Source: Escherichia phage phiWec188
Strand: one strand, 5' to 3'
Sequence record: LC739537.1
DNA length: 64,000 nt
A program made the position numbers and the translations under genes. The notes beneath the pieces were generated by a model. The model ran no database searches, was not told the origin of the DNA, and was given only the letters and a program-made list of their open reading frames with translations. This document shows positions 53,827-62,220 of this stretch, piece after piece (position 1 is the first letter of the stretch; each line of letters opens with the position of its first letter).

Positions 53827-54318
53827 TTACCACATAATCTCGCGCAACTCTTTTTCTTCTTTAAAATTACGTAAGTTCTCGATCGCACGGTTTAATTCTT
53901 GTTCAGTCTCTGCTTTCTGAACTTTTTCCATCATTTTTGCAACAATATCTTTCTTAACTTGAAGATCTGGAATAGGCATACGTTTTTCCATTTCATAAAC
54001 TTCTCGTCTGTGACGTTCCTCCATCTCTGCCTTTTCTTTCACCCAATCCGCCTCGTCCATTGCGCCTTTGCAGACACAAGTGTAACCTTTAATATCATAA
54101 TCCCCATGCTCAATACCAGGCTGAAGGGATAAGGCTTCATTTCCGCAATACGCGCACAATGGACGACCTGGCATTTTCAAAGTTTTGGTGGCCTTAGCAC
54201 CACATTGACTATCCCAGCTTGTTTTATAACTGGAACCACCATCCCCGTGAGAACGACCAACCAAGAAGTTACGGAAGAAGCCAGTAGCACGTTCGTCGAT
54301 GTAGTCAGGGTAAGCCAT
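53827..54318 (-). CDS. hypothetical protein (Cys-containing, C-terminal coiled-coil-like)
   Basis: 163 aa ORF; gaggagaaatac RBS. Confidence 0.55.
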   Translation of the reverse strand: MAYPDYIDERATGFFRNFLVGRSHGDGGSSYKTSWDSQCGAKATKTLKMPGRPLCAYCGNEALSLQPGIEHGDYDIKGYTCVCKGAMDEADWVKEKAEMEERHRREVYEMEKRMPIPDLQVKKDIVAKMMEKVQKAETEQELNRAIENLRNFKEEKELREIMW

Positions 54319-54331
54319 TGTATTTCTCCTC

Positions 54332-54622
54332 TCACATTAAGACACGTTTTGTGTCGATGGGTGCATTATCAAACATCCGAAGAACGTTGTCAAGCAGTTT
54401 TACTAATTCATTTGTAATTTGTTCCTCTGAACGAGAAGAAGTAAGTACCTTACTCTCACCAACGATGTGCATCACCTTGATAGGAGCATTCAGGATAACA
54501 TTGTGCTTTTCATCTTCTTCGAAAGATGCTAACCACTTCTCATTATTCCCGTGCAAAGCCACGATAACACCAAAACCGTTGATAGTTTGTGAAATGTTCT
54601 TAGTTGCTAATGTAATATTCAT
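54332..54622 (-). CDS. hypothetical protein
   Basis: 96 aa ORF; agaggtgaac RBS. Confidence 0.5.
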   Translation of the reverse strand: MNITLATKNISQTINGFGVIVALHGNNEKWLASFEEDEKHNVILNAPIKVMHIVGESKVLTSSRSEEQITNELVKLLDNVLRMFDNAPIDTKRVLM

Positions 54623-54681
54623 TGTTCACCTCTCTTAATAATGTAGGGCTATTGTACACTAAAAATATTTCAGGTCAAGTG

Positions 54682-54709
54682 TTGACAAGCTTTTTGGTTC
54701 TGTTATGAT
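54682..54709 (+). promoter_or_regulatory. sigma70 promoter at divergent strand switch (TTGACA-N16-TATGAT)
   Basis: Consensus -35 and good -10, 30 bp upstream of RBS/ATG of 54740..55156. Confidence 0.55.
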
Positions 54710-54739
54710 TAGCTCATACCAAATGAGAGGAGAAAACAA

Positions 54740-55156
54740 ATGCAAAACATCAAACTGACTTGGACCGAAGCTAAAGAAGCAATGAAGGAAGGTAGACGTG
54801 TGGAGCACCGCCATTTTTGTGGTGGCGAATGGTTTGAGATGCGAGATGGTGTTATTCTCGACGAACAAGGTTATAACATGGAAACTTGGTTCAGAGGGGA
54901 AGCTTGGCAGGAAGAGGGTTGGTCTGTAATTGAGGAAGAAGACAATAAGGAAGAACGCGAAATGCGTGAAACAAAGATGCCTGAACTGGACTACCATTGC
55001 CTGGAACTTCTTGTGGCAGCATCTTTCGCTACTGGAGATACAATGTGGCAAACTCCGGTGTCCCGTGTCGATAACCAAAATAAACCGTCTGCCCGTAATC
55101 ACAAGCTTTACAAAGGTAAAGGTCATAACAAACTGAAGAAAGGAAAGAAGAAATGA
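54740..55156 (+). CDS. hypothetical protein with basic C-terminal tail
   Basis: 138 aa; gagaggag RBS; N-terminus LTWTEAKEAMKEGRRV resembles DUF2829-type phage proteins (from memory). Confidence 0.5.
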   Translation: MQNIKLTWTEAKEAMKEGRRVEHRHFCGGEWFEMRDGVILDEQGYNMETWFRGEAWQEEGWSVIEEEDNKEEREMRETKMPELDYHCLELLVAASFATGDTMWQTPVSRVDNQNKPSARNHKLYKGKGHNKLKKGKKK

Positions 55157-55299
55157 TCTACAAAAACAAGTTCACTGGTTGTCTACGTAAGTTTGTCGAT
55201 AAGAAAGGTTATGTTTCGCTTGACAACGGGACTACATGGGTGCAGAATGGGACTTCAGAACAATTGATCAAGGCTCTGCCTTACTACGAGGAGGTTTAA
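55153..55299 (+). CDS. small hypothetical protein (48 aa, not in ORF track)
   Basis: ATGA overlap with upstream stop and TAAATG junction with downstream start. Confidence 0.4.
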   Translation: MIYKNKFTGCLRKFVDKKGYVSLDNGTTWVQNGTSEQLIKALPYYEEV

Positions 55300-55623
55300 A
55301 TGTCCAACAATCTGTTTAGCGTGTCAATCGCACCGCGTGTTAATATTCGCTGCCAGTTTGTTACCTTACCAGGCGTGACACACATTACTTTAGAGTATGA
55401 TCCTCGTTCACGAGAGAACCCAATTACAGGTAAGATTGATTCAGCCTACGGCGACTTCCTGATGGATCACCAAGCGATCTTATGTTGTGTGCAACGCTTA
55501 CAGGCAGGGTCTTTATACATCTTTAAGAAGTCTGTGTTCCAAGAGATTGCTCAAGCAGTTGAAAGCGGTATGGAGACTCTTAACGCTATGATTGAAGCAG
55601 CCAACAAGAAGGAGGTTTTATGA
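55300..55623 (+). CDS. hypothetical protein
   Basis: 107 aa ORF; gaggagg RBS. Confidence 0.5.
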   Translation: MSNNLFSVSIAPRVNIRCQFVTLPGVTHITLEYDPRSRENPITGKIDSAYGDFLMDHQAILCCVQRLQAGSLYIFKKSVFQEIAQAVESGMETLNAMIEAANKKEVL

Positions 55624-55880
55624 CACTTTATCACGTAACTACAGAAGGTGACTGTGAAGGCCGCACTACAAAAGATTTGGGGTATGTTGAAGCAGATTCA
55701 CCTGAACATGCTATCAAATACCTGCATTCCATCGGGAAGTATGCGGGTTATGAGTATACTATCTACGAGGTTGAAATTATTAACCTTATACAAGTGGCAA
55801 CTCCTGTGGCAGAGTTGAAACATCTTAAGGCAAAAGTAAGACCTGGTATAGTGTCCGATTACAAAGGGGAAGTAAAATGA
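55620..55880 (+). CDS. hypothetical protein
   Basis: 86 aa ORF; aaggagg RBS. Confidence 0.5.
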   Translation: MTLYHVTTEGDCEGRTTKDLGYVEADSPEHAIKYLHSIGKYAGYEYTIYEVEIINLIQVATPVAELKHLKAKVRPGIVSDYKGEVK

Positions 55881-56086
55881 GTGGATGGATTAAAGTATCT
55901 GGCACCGAGGATGTTCCTGTCGGAGAGTGGTTTGTAATCATGGCAAACGGTAAGAAGGGATTCTGTGAAGTTAACAAAACACGCAATGGCACGATAGCTG
56001 TTATCAATGGTCATTTTTATTTTGACTTGGCACCTGTGATCGCATATCATGAACTACCAACTTATGAAGAGGAGACTAACAAATGA
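55877..56086 (+). CDS. hypothetical protein
   Basis: 69 aa ORF; ATGA overlap. Confidence 0.5.
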   Translation: MSGWIKVSGTEDVPVGEWFVIMANGKKGFCEVNKTRNGTIAVINGHFYFDLAPVIAYHELPTYEEETNK

Positions 56087-56379
56087 GCCTTACCACTATG
56101 CACAAAACACTGCTCAAACTATTTAACAATCAACGTAATCTTTTGATCGAAGATTTCCGTAGCTTTAAACGTAACAAGATCAATCGTGCCTACATGCCTC
56201 ATTCAGCCTTTGATGCCACGTTAAAAGAGTTTCGTAACCGTATCTCTGAAATGGATGCTTACATCCGTGGCACAAAGCTTGCACGCACAGTAACTATCCA
56301 AACAGGGTTGTTGCACTTTTATGATGGAACTACCGGATCGATCTACAATCCAGACAGCATAGAGAATTATTTAAAATAG
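56083..56379 (+). CDS. hypothetical protein
   Basis: 98 aa ORF; ATGA overlap. Confidence 0.5.
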   Translation: MSLTTMHKTLLKLFNNQRNLLIEDFRSFKRNKINRAYMPHSAFDATLKEFRNRISEMDAYIRGTKLARTVTIQTGLLHFYDGTTGSIYNPDSIENYLK

Positions 56380-56382
56380 TTG

Positions 56383-56412
56383 TTGACTTTGATATACGAA
56401 GTATGCTACCCT
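56383..56412 (+). promoter_or_regulatory. promoter-like motif TTGACT-N18-TACCCT with TGc extension
   Basis: Shares TTGACTTT ... ATGCTACCCTA with the site at 18715-18743; upstream of plus gene 56580..56777. Confidence 0.35.
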
Positions 56413-56579
56413 ACCCACGAAGTGCCGAGCGGGAGCGAGGTATAAGTGTTACCCTCCCGTTAGGGTAGAGGGTAGTAATTATAGTTTCTATCGTTAGATT
56501 GTTCGAAGAACAGAAACTTAGATCTTGTTCTTATCGTTAGATGATCGTAAGATCAAGAACATAATATAGAGGAGGTGCT

Positions 56580-56777
56580 ATGTTAATTAATGGTATACTG
56601 CCCGACTCGAATGGTAATAGGATCACTGTGGATTGGTTCCCTGGGACTGGCGTATTAGATCTTACTGCTGAATGGGCTGGTGATATTTATGGTGAAGGTG
56701 TGCTCTCATTGTCTACAGAACAAATGATTATCCTTCGTGACTTCTTAAACTGTTTAAACTTAGGAGATAAAGAATGA
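56580..56777 (+). CDS. hypothetical protein
   Basis: 65 aa ORF; gaggagg RBS. Confidence 0.5.
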   Translation: MLINGILPDSNGNRITVDWFPGTGVLDLTAEWAGDIYGEGVLSLSTEQMIILRDFLNCLNLGDKE

Positions 56778-57310
56778 AATTGTTAGACTATGCGATGGTT
56801 ATGGATCTTAGTGTGCTTCGTGACGATGCTCAATACATGACACAGAACCAGGATGGCACCTTAAACCTGTATTCTGCCTATCCACGTAATCATGGCCCAG
56901 TTACAACTTACGGTTGGGGTGATAGCAACTTCCTGGATTACTACCCAGCGCCACGTAGCTTGGAAACTGCTGAAGATTGGTTCCACTCTATTATCAACTT
57001 GCAAGCAATCCGTGACTACCAAGAGAGTGGGTCAGATAGCAACCTGGCAAATACATTGGGAACATTGAATACCATCTCTTACACAGAGAAGCCACCTAAG
57101 CTTTACTTCCTGCGGGATATTCCAGAAGGCACTTTCTTTGTCTATGGCGGTGCTGACGCTTCTGGTGAGCCTCCTATCTGGCAGAAAGTAGATGGCGGTT
57201 TAGCAGTTATGTTTGATACGGGGATCACTTCTCCGCAAGATACCTTCTCTCAAGATCGTGTGTGGAAAATCTTGAAAGCGCATCTGACTGTCAGCCCTAT
57301 CCGAGAATAA
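56774..57310 (+). CDS. hypothetical protein
   Basis: 178 aa ORF; ATGA overlap. Confidence 0.55.
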   Translation: MKLLDYAMVMDLSVLRDDAQYMTQNQDGTLNLYSAYPRNHGPVTTYGWGDSNFLDYYPAPRSLETAEDWFHSIINLQAIRDYQESGSDSNLANTLGTLNTISYTEKPPKLYFLRDIPEGTFFVYGGADASGEPPIWQKVDGGLAVMFDTGITSPQDTFSQDRVWKILKAHLTVSPIRE

Positions 57311-57388
57311 TCTTAATCTGCAAATAAGTCTTGATCACGAGGTTGTATTCTGATAGAATGCAATCTCACTAAACAAAAGGAGATTTAA

Positions 57389-57586
57389 ATGGCTACGAAG
57401 AAACAAAAAATGAAATGTCTGTCACTGACTCAACTGGGGCACAGTGCAGGTTGTGTGACGATCGGTAAAACCTACTCTACCACTTTGAATAAAGAGAACA
57501 ATAGCTTTACATTCAAAGATGACAATGGTAATATGCAGGTGGGGATTTACCCTGAGTGTGCATTCGGCACTTGGGAAAAAGTGTAA
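57389..57586 (+). CDS. hypothetical protein
   Basis: 65 aa ORF; aaggag RBS. Confidence 0.5.
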   Translation: MATKKQKMKCLSLTQLGHSAGCVTIGKTYSTTLNKENNSFTFKDDNGNMQVGIYPECAFGTWEKV

Positions 57587-57605
57587 TTAACTGATCGGAG
57601 GGAGT

Positions 57606-57779
57606 ATGCAAGACAAGAAAAATAATGTTCGTTATGCTTTGTACGGACGTATGGGCGTAGACTGCGAATGGAGACTTCTGTTACAGCGTATTCCCTCTTA
57701 TCAAGAAGCTATGACGAAGCGAGAATATTACAAGAAGACGTGGAGACACGTTGTTTGCAAACATTACGAGGAGGCATAA
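57606..57779 (+). CDS. small basic protein (57 aa, not in ORF track)
   Basis: ATG 57606 preceded by ggaggg; stop overlaps ATG of next gene (TAATG); contradicts N-terminal part of track ORF 57668..58087. Confidence 0.45.
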   Translation: MQDKKNNVRYALYGRMGVDCEWRLLLQRIPSYQEAMTKREYYKKTWRHVVCKHYEEA

Positions 57780-58087
57780 TGAGCACATTATCAACAGCAG
57801 TCAAGTTTCACCAGGATTATGAAGAAGCTGTCAAAGATGCTGACAATCCTTCCTCGTTAGTGTTTGAGGATCGTACAGGTTTAAAGTGGGTTAAATCTTT
57901 CGATGAGATCTATTTCTGGTATCCGCAGGGAGCCACAAGCAATAGTTCTCTGTATAGCTACGAACTGGAATACCGTGGCCCTGTAGACGAAGATGAAAAC
58001 TTTATCATGTATTTCGTAAATAATGGTTGCGGTGAAACGTTTAATGTTGTATTCTCTAAAGCAGATGAGTCTGACGAGGAGGTGTAA
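57779..58087 (+). CDS. paralog family C member 1
   Basis: ATG 57779 preceded by gaggagg; C-terminal block ELEYRGPVDEDENFIMYFVNNGCGETFNVVF matches the next gene. Confidence 0.5.
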   Translation: MSTLSTAVKFHQDYEEAVKDADNPSSLVFEDRTGLKWVKSFDEIYFWYPQGATSNSSLYSYELEYRGPVDEDENFIMYFVNNGCGETFNVVFSKADESDEEV

Positions 58088-58392
58088 TGCAGTACAATAC
58101 GACTTTAAGTTTGGCAGTTGCAGCCCACATGCTGTACAATGATTCTGTGAAGGATGAGTTGTCGCCTGTGAGTTTAGCTTTCTATCTGATAGACAGGGAT
58201 TGGATGTTCTCTGGTGAGGATGAAATCTACTACGTAAATTCGCGTGGTTTTATTGAAAGTTTTGAACTTGAACATCGCGCACCAACAGCAGAAGATGATC
58301 GTTTTATCATGTTCTCTGTAAACGATGGTTACGGAGATGTATATGACGTAGTATTCTTCAAAAACCGACAGAAGACTGAAGAGGAATTCTAA
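58087..58392 (+). CDS. paralog family C member 2
   Basis: ELEHRAPTAEDDRFIMFSVNDGYGDVYDVVF aligns with upstream paralog; same length. Confidence 0.5.
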   Translation: MQYNTTLSLAVAAHMLYNDSVKDELSPVSLAFYLIDRDWMFSGEDEIYYVNSRGFIESFELEHRAPTAEDDRFIMFSVNDGYGDVYDVVFFKNRQKTEEEF

Positions 58393-58755
58393 ATGAAAAA
58401 GCTACTTTGTGTCCTGATGTTGATGATTGCCACCAATGCTACAGCCGCCCGTGACGGTTTCAAGATTGGGGTGGAAGGTAGCCAATTCTTCACTTGGTAC
58501 GGTGGTGAAGCTGTCTACCAGGTGGATGATAAAAAGTATAACTGTAAGTTTGATCGTATAGATCGTGGAGTAGATAATTGGGGCGACGCTTATAAAGCAA
58601 CAGGTTTTTATTGCACCAAAGAAATCTACATTACGGTCAAAGAACCACAAGATAACCGAAAAGTGTTGTTTATTGTGATAAACCCTGCTAAGTTTGAAGA
58701 ACGTAAAGCTTATTATGCAGATATGTTCATTGAATACAAAAAGGAGGAAAAATGA
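58393..58755 (+). CDS. secreted protein (signal peptide)
   Basis: MKKLLCVLMLMIATNATAARD signal peptide; 120 aa. Confidence 0.55.
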   Translation: MKKLLCVLMLMIATNATAARDGFKIGVEGSQFFTWYGGEAVYQVDDKKYNCKFDRIDRGVDNWGDAYKATGFYCTKEIYITVKEPQDNRKVLFIVINPAKFEERKAYYADMFIEYKKEEK

Positions 58756-59114
58756 GAGAAACAATCGTAGATGTTGTTATTAATGGTCAACGTTATGTGC
58801 CTGTTGTAGAGAAAGCTGAACCAGACGCTTTAGATGTTGTCTTTGAGGATGATGATCTTGGCACTGTTACTGTACGTGAATATTTCAGACGACTGCTCTC
58901 TACACTTTGGGAAGAAGAAGACAGTTTCAGTGGAAAACGACCTTTTGGTAACTCTTGCTGGCAGTTCGATTTGATTATCGGTTTGATCGATGCTGGCTAC
59001 CTGGAGGGTAAAGTTTATCGTGACGAAGATGGCGGTATAGAAGATACTGATTATGATCGTGAAGAAGCAGATAAACTTATTCAAGGTCTAATTTCACGTA
59101 TGTGTTTGGGGTAA
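58752..59114 (+). CDS. hypothetical protein
   Basis: 120 aa ORF; ATGA overlap. Confidence 0.5.
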   Translation: MRETIVDVVINGQRYVPVVEKAEPDALDVVFEDDDLGTVTVREYFRRLLSTLWEEEDSFSGKRPFGNSCWQFDLIIGLIDAGYLEGKVYRDEDGGIEDTDYDREEADKLIQGLISRMCLG

Positions 59115-59115
59115 T

Positions 59116-59484
59116 ATGAAAGTCTTGAACTTCTACCATTTAGGTAAAGTTGTTCCCGACACTGCAACATACATTGGACGCGCGATGCCCCACTTCGGGT
59201 TGAAAGCGTCAAAGTTTGCCAACCCGTTCAAACTGAAAGAGGACGAACCAAGAGGTGCTACCATTCAAAGATACAAAGAGTGGTTGTGGGATCAGATTCG
59301 TTCTGGTAAGATAACTCTTGAAGATTTGTTGGAGTTGGAAGGTAAAGATGTAGTCTGCTTTTGCTCGCCACAACCGTGCCACGGAGATGTGCTCGTTGCA
59401 GCCGTGACATGGGCGAGAAGGGAATACGATAGACGTAATCCACCGTTTGTGGATGGGTATTGGAACTGGGAGGAGAATCTATGA
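59116..59484 (+). CDS. DUF4326-domain protein
   Basis: YIGR, NPF, Y-x-EWLW and CFCSPQPCHGDVL motifs match the DUF4326 pattern (from memory). Confidence 0.6.
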   Translation: MKVLNFYHLGKVVPDTATYIGRAMPHFGLKASKFANPFKLKEDEPRGATIQRYKEWLWDQIRSGKITLEDLLELEGKDVVCFCSPQPCHGDVLVAAVTWARREYDRRNPPFVDGYWNWEENL

Positions 59485-59834
59485 AGAACATTGTTGCGGT
59501 GGATGTATTTGGTGCAAGCGTCTTGCAAGACAAGCAAGCTCTACTGTACCACTATGAAGAAGACAAGCTTACGTACATTTATGTCGGGTCAGAAAAGTAT
59601 CGTATCTTTGATTTGGCTTTGTTGAAAGAGGGTGATCTACCTTTAACAGAGAAGCTATACGGCTTCAAATTCAGACGAGATGTAAAGCTTGATGGGAAGA
59701 TTGCAGTGATTCAAGTTGACGCGTATTATATCATTACCTTTGTCACCCCTGTGTTCAGCGATCTGAACGGAGAAGGTGCTATTAATGATGTGATCGTCCT
59801 GAAAGTAGGTAATGCACTGCACGATGTGAAATAA
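59481..59834 (+). CDS. hypothetical protein
   Basis: ORF 59460..59834; ATG 59481 preceded by ggaggag. Confidence 0.5.
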   Translation: MKNIVAVDVFGASVLQDKQALLYHYEEDKLTYIYVGSEKYRIFDLALLKEGDLPLTEKLYGFKFRRDVKLDGKIAVIQVDAYYIITFVTPVFSDLNGEGAINDVIVLKVGNALHDVK

Positions 59835-59845
59835 CAGGAGGTAGT

Positions 59846-60355
59846 ATGTTCTTTGACGTAGATTCCTTATTCGTTGCCACTGCTGGACAATCTGCGGTTA
59901 ACGCAGAGTTTGAAGAAAGGGAGGCGTGGATTGATGCTCATAACTATGATCCTACAAACCTAAACTGGTGCCGTATGGATATCAAAGGTATGAGCAGGGA
60001 TAGTGCGTTTAGGGCATACTACGCTGTATATACTCTTGACAATCTTTATCAGTATTTTGTATTCCGTAATATGATTGTCAACCTTAATCTTGCTGGGAGG
60101 CTCAAGAACAAGAAAGAGTTTACCCTGGGTCACTACATACCGTTCAAAAAAGGTGGTGAACATTTTCCTTCCAATTGGACAGTGCAAATAAGAGTTGAAA
60201 ATAACCATGCAGGTGATACAATACCAAAAGTCAAAACAAAATGGTCATGGGAGAAACAGGAACGTTATATACGTTCCCATCTCCCACCAAACTTGAGAGA
60301 GCCGTATGCGAGTCGGGCCTTTCATTTAATGAATATTGTCAAGAGTTTTTACTAA
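59846..60355 (+). CDS. hypothetical protein
   Basis: 169 aa ORF; aggaggt RBS. Confidence 0.55.
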   Translation: MFFDVDSLFVATAGQSAVNAEFEEREAWIDAHNYDPTNLNWCRMDIKGMSRDSAFRAYYAVYTLDNLYQYFVFRNMIVNLNLAGRLKNKKEFTLGHYIPFKKGGEHFPSNWTVQIRVENNHAGDTIPKVKTKWSWEKQERYIRSHLPPNLREPYASRAFHLMNIVKSFY

Positions 60356-60365
60356 GGAGGATTTA

Positions 60366-61967
60366 GTGTCTAATAATTTGAGTTTCACTCCAACCGAAGA
60401 GCAATTTGCTATTGAGCGTGCTTTCGGGGAAAACCGTTTTGTAACTATTCAAGCAAAATCTGGTTCGGGGAAAACATCTACCCTATACATGCTGGCAAAT
60501 GGCACAGACAAGAGCATCCTGTACCTGGCATTCAACAAAAGCATGGCAGAAGAAGCGCGTCGTAAGATGCCGAGTAATGTAGAGTGTCGAACTCTGCACT
60601 CAATCTGCTATCAGAAGCTTCCGCAAAATTTACGTCACAAACTCTCACGTCCTGAAGGAAAATATGTGAATGTGGCGGGAACAGGTAGCGAAATCGCCAA
60701 GAAGTTTAAGATCCAAAACCTTATTGATAAAAACGGAAAGACTTTGGTCACTCGTGCTATGATCGGTTTAATGGTTAAACAAACTTTGGCTAAATATGAG
60801 TTTTCAGATGATGAGCATATCTCTTTGAAACACTTCCCTAAAATGCACATTTCTGACCTTAAACGTAAGAATGTGAATGAGAATAAGCTGATCGCAGAAG
60901 TCGTTAAATATGCAAAACAATTGTGGCGTGAGCGTATTGATCCTAACTCGGAAACGATCATGACTCATGACACCTATGTGAAACTGTTCGAACTATCGGG
61001 CGAAGATTTAGGGTATGATATCATCTTTGGGGATGAGTTCCAGGATGTTAACCCTGCGTTTCTGTCTATCCTGCGTAACGCAGAAAAGGCCAGTCGTATT
61101 GTGGTTGTAGGTGATGAGTTCCAGAGTATTTATCAGTTCCGAGGTAGTCAGAACATGATGAAAGAGACGGCTCAATATGGTGTAGAATTACCATTGACAG
61201 CATGTTTCCGTTTTGGTCCTAAAGTGGCAGACATTGCTAATGCGATCCTTAGCGATAAAACTCCGCTGGCCCATCCGCTGGTAGGGAAAGGGTATAACAC
61301 GGTGACAGGTAGCTTCCACTCGGATATAGTGGACTTCTCCAAGCCGTACACAATCATCTTCCGTAAAAACCTGACGTTGCTTATGGATGCAATGGATCGT
61401 ATTGCGAACGGAGAAGATATCAATATTAACGTTGATACCAAAGATTTTATTGCTATGGTGGACAGTGTGAATGCATTGCGTCGCGGAGATATTGATAAAG
61501 TGAAGCATGAGACTGTCCTCCCTTATGCAGACTGGCAGGAGTTTGTGGATTGTGCAGAATCAGATCCAGACGCTAAACGTCTACTGAATATTGTTGTTTC
61601 AGGTAAAGCTAACAACATTGCGTACACACTCCGTATGCACCGTAACTCACCTACAGCAAAGGTGACGCTGACCACAGCACACAAATCGAAAGGTTTGGAA
61701 TGGGACCAAGTTATCGTTGCAAATGACTTCCCTTCGAACTATGATAAGAAGACACGCGAGTGGGTAGGACTGGAAGAATCTGAACGTAACCTTCTATATG
61801 TTGCTCACACACGTTGTATTAAATGTTTGCAGTGGAATGAGACAGTGCATGAGATCTTAACCATGCAGCAATTAGGGGGAGACACATCTCCTAAAATGAC
61901 TGAAGAAGATGAGATGGTTGCAGCATTGGCTCGTAAGATCAAGCAGATTCGATGTGAGGAGTATTAA
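60366..61967 (+). CDS. UvrD/Rep-family (SF1) DNA helicase
   Basis: Walker A AKSGSGKTS, DEFQD (Walker B) and QSIYQFRG (motif III) in SF1 order; likely GTG start at 60366 after taaggagg. Confidence 0.75.
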   Translation: MSNNLSFTPTEEQFAIERAFGENRFVTIQAKSGSGKTSTLYMLANGTDKSILYLAFNKSMAEEARRKMPSNVECRTLHSICYQKLPQNLRHKLSRPEGKYVNVAGTGSEIAKKFKIQNLIDKNGKTLVTRAMIGLMVKQTLAKYEFSDDEHISLKHFPKMHISDLKRKNVNENKLIAEVVKYAKQLWRERIDPNSETIMTHDTYVKLFELSGEDLGYDIIFGDEFQDVNPAFLSILRNAEKASRIVVVGDEFQSIYQFRGSQNMMKETAQYGVELPLTACFRFGPKVADIANAILSDKTPLAHPLVGKGYNTVTGSFHSDIVDFSKPYTIIFRKNLTLLMDAMDRIANGEDININVDTKDFIAMVDSVNALRRGDIDKVKHETVLPYADWQEFVDCAESDPDAKRLLNIVVSGKANNIAYTLRMHRNSPTAKVTLTTAHKSKGLEWDQVIVANDFPSNYDKKTREWVGLEESERNLLYVAHTRCIKCLQWNETVHEILTMQQLGGDTSPKMTEEDEMVAALARKIKQIRCEEY

Positions 61968-61968
61968 T

Positions 61969-62220
61969 ATGGCGGGTTATCATTTAATAGATATTGAGAA
62001 ACAACCTTACGGCAGTATTGAAAAGATTCAAGAAGAAGTTTATGAACTTTTTGATGCTGTCGAACAGGATTGCAGACTTATGCAATTGGTTGAATTGTCT
62101 GATATTGTGGGTGCTGTTGAAGGTGTGCTGGAGACACAGTTTCCTGGGATGACGTTGCAAGATTTGATCACTATGTCAGATCTTACCAAACGTGCTTTCC
62201 GCACAGGAGGAAGATCATGA
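61969..62220 (+). CDS. small all-alpha protein, possibly MazG/HisE-like NTP pyrophosphohydrolase
   Basis: ORF 61909..62220; ATG 61969 preceded by gaggag; EEVYELFDAVE ... ELSDIVGAVEGVL resembles the MazG-like fold (weak, from memory). Confidence 0.3.
   Translation: MAGYHLIDIEKQPYGSIEKIQEEVYELFDAVEQDCRLMQLVELSDIVGAVEGVLETQFPGMTLQDLITMSDLTKRAFRTGGRS

Noticed and set aside
60635-61508. Minus-strand ORFs 60635-60961, 61172-61441 and 61188-61508 antisense to the helicase gene
   Set aside because: Contained within a gene with strong SF1 helicase motifs; shadow ORFs.
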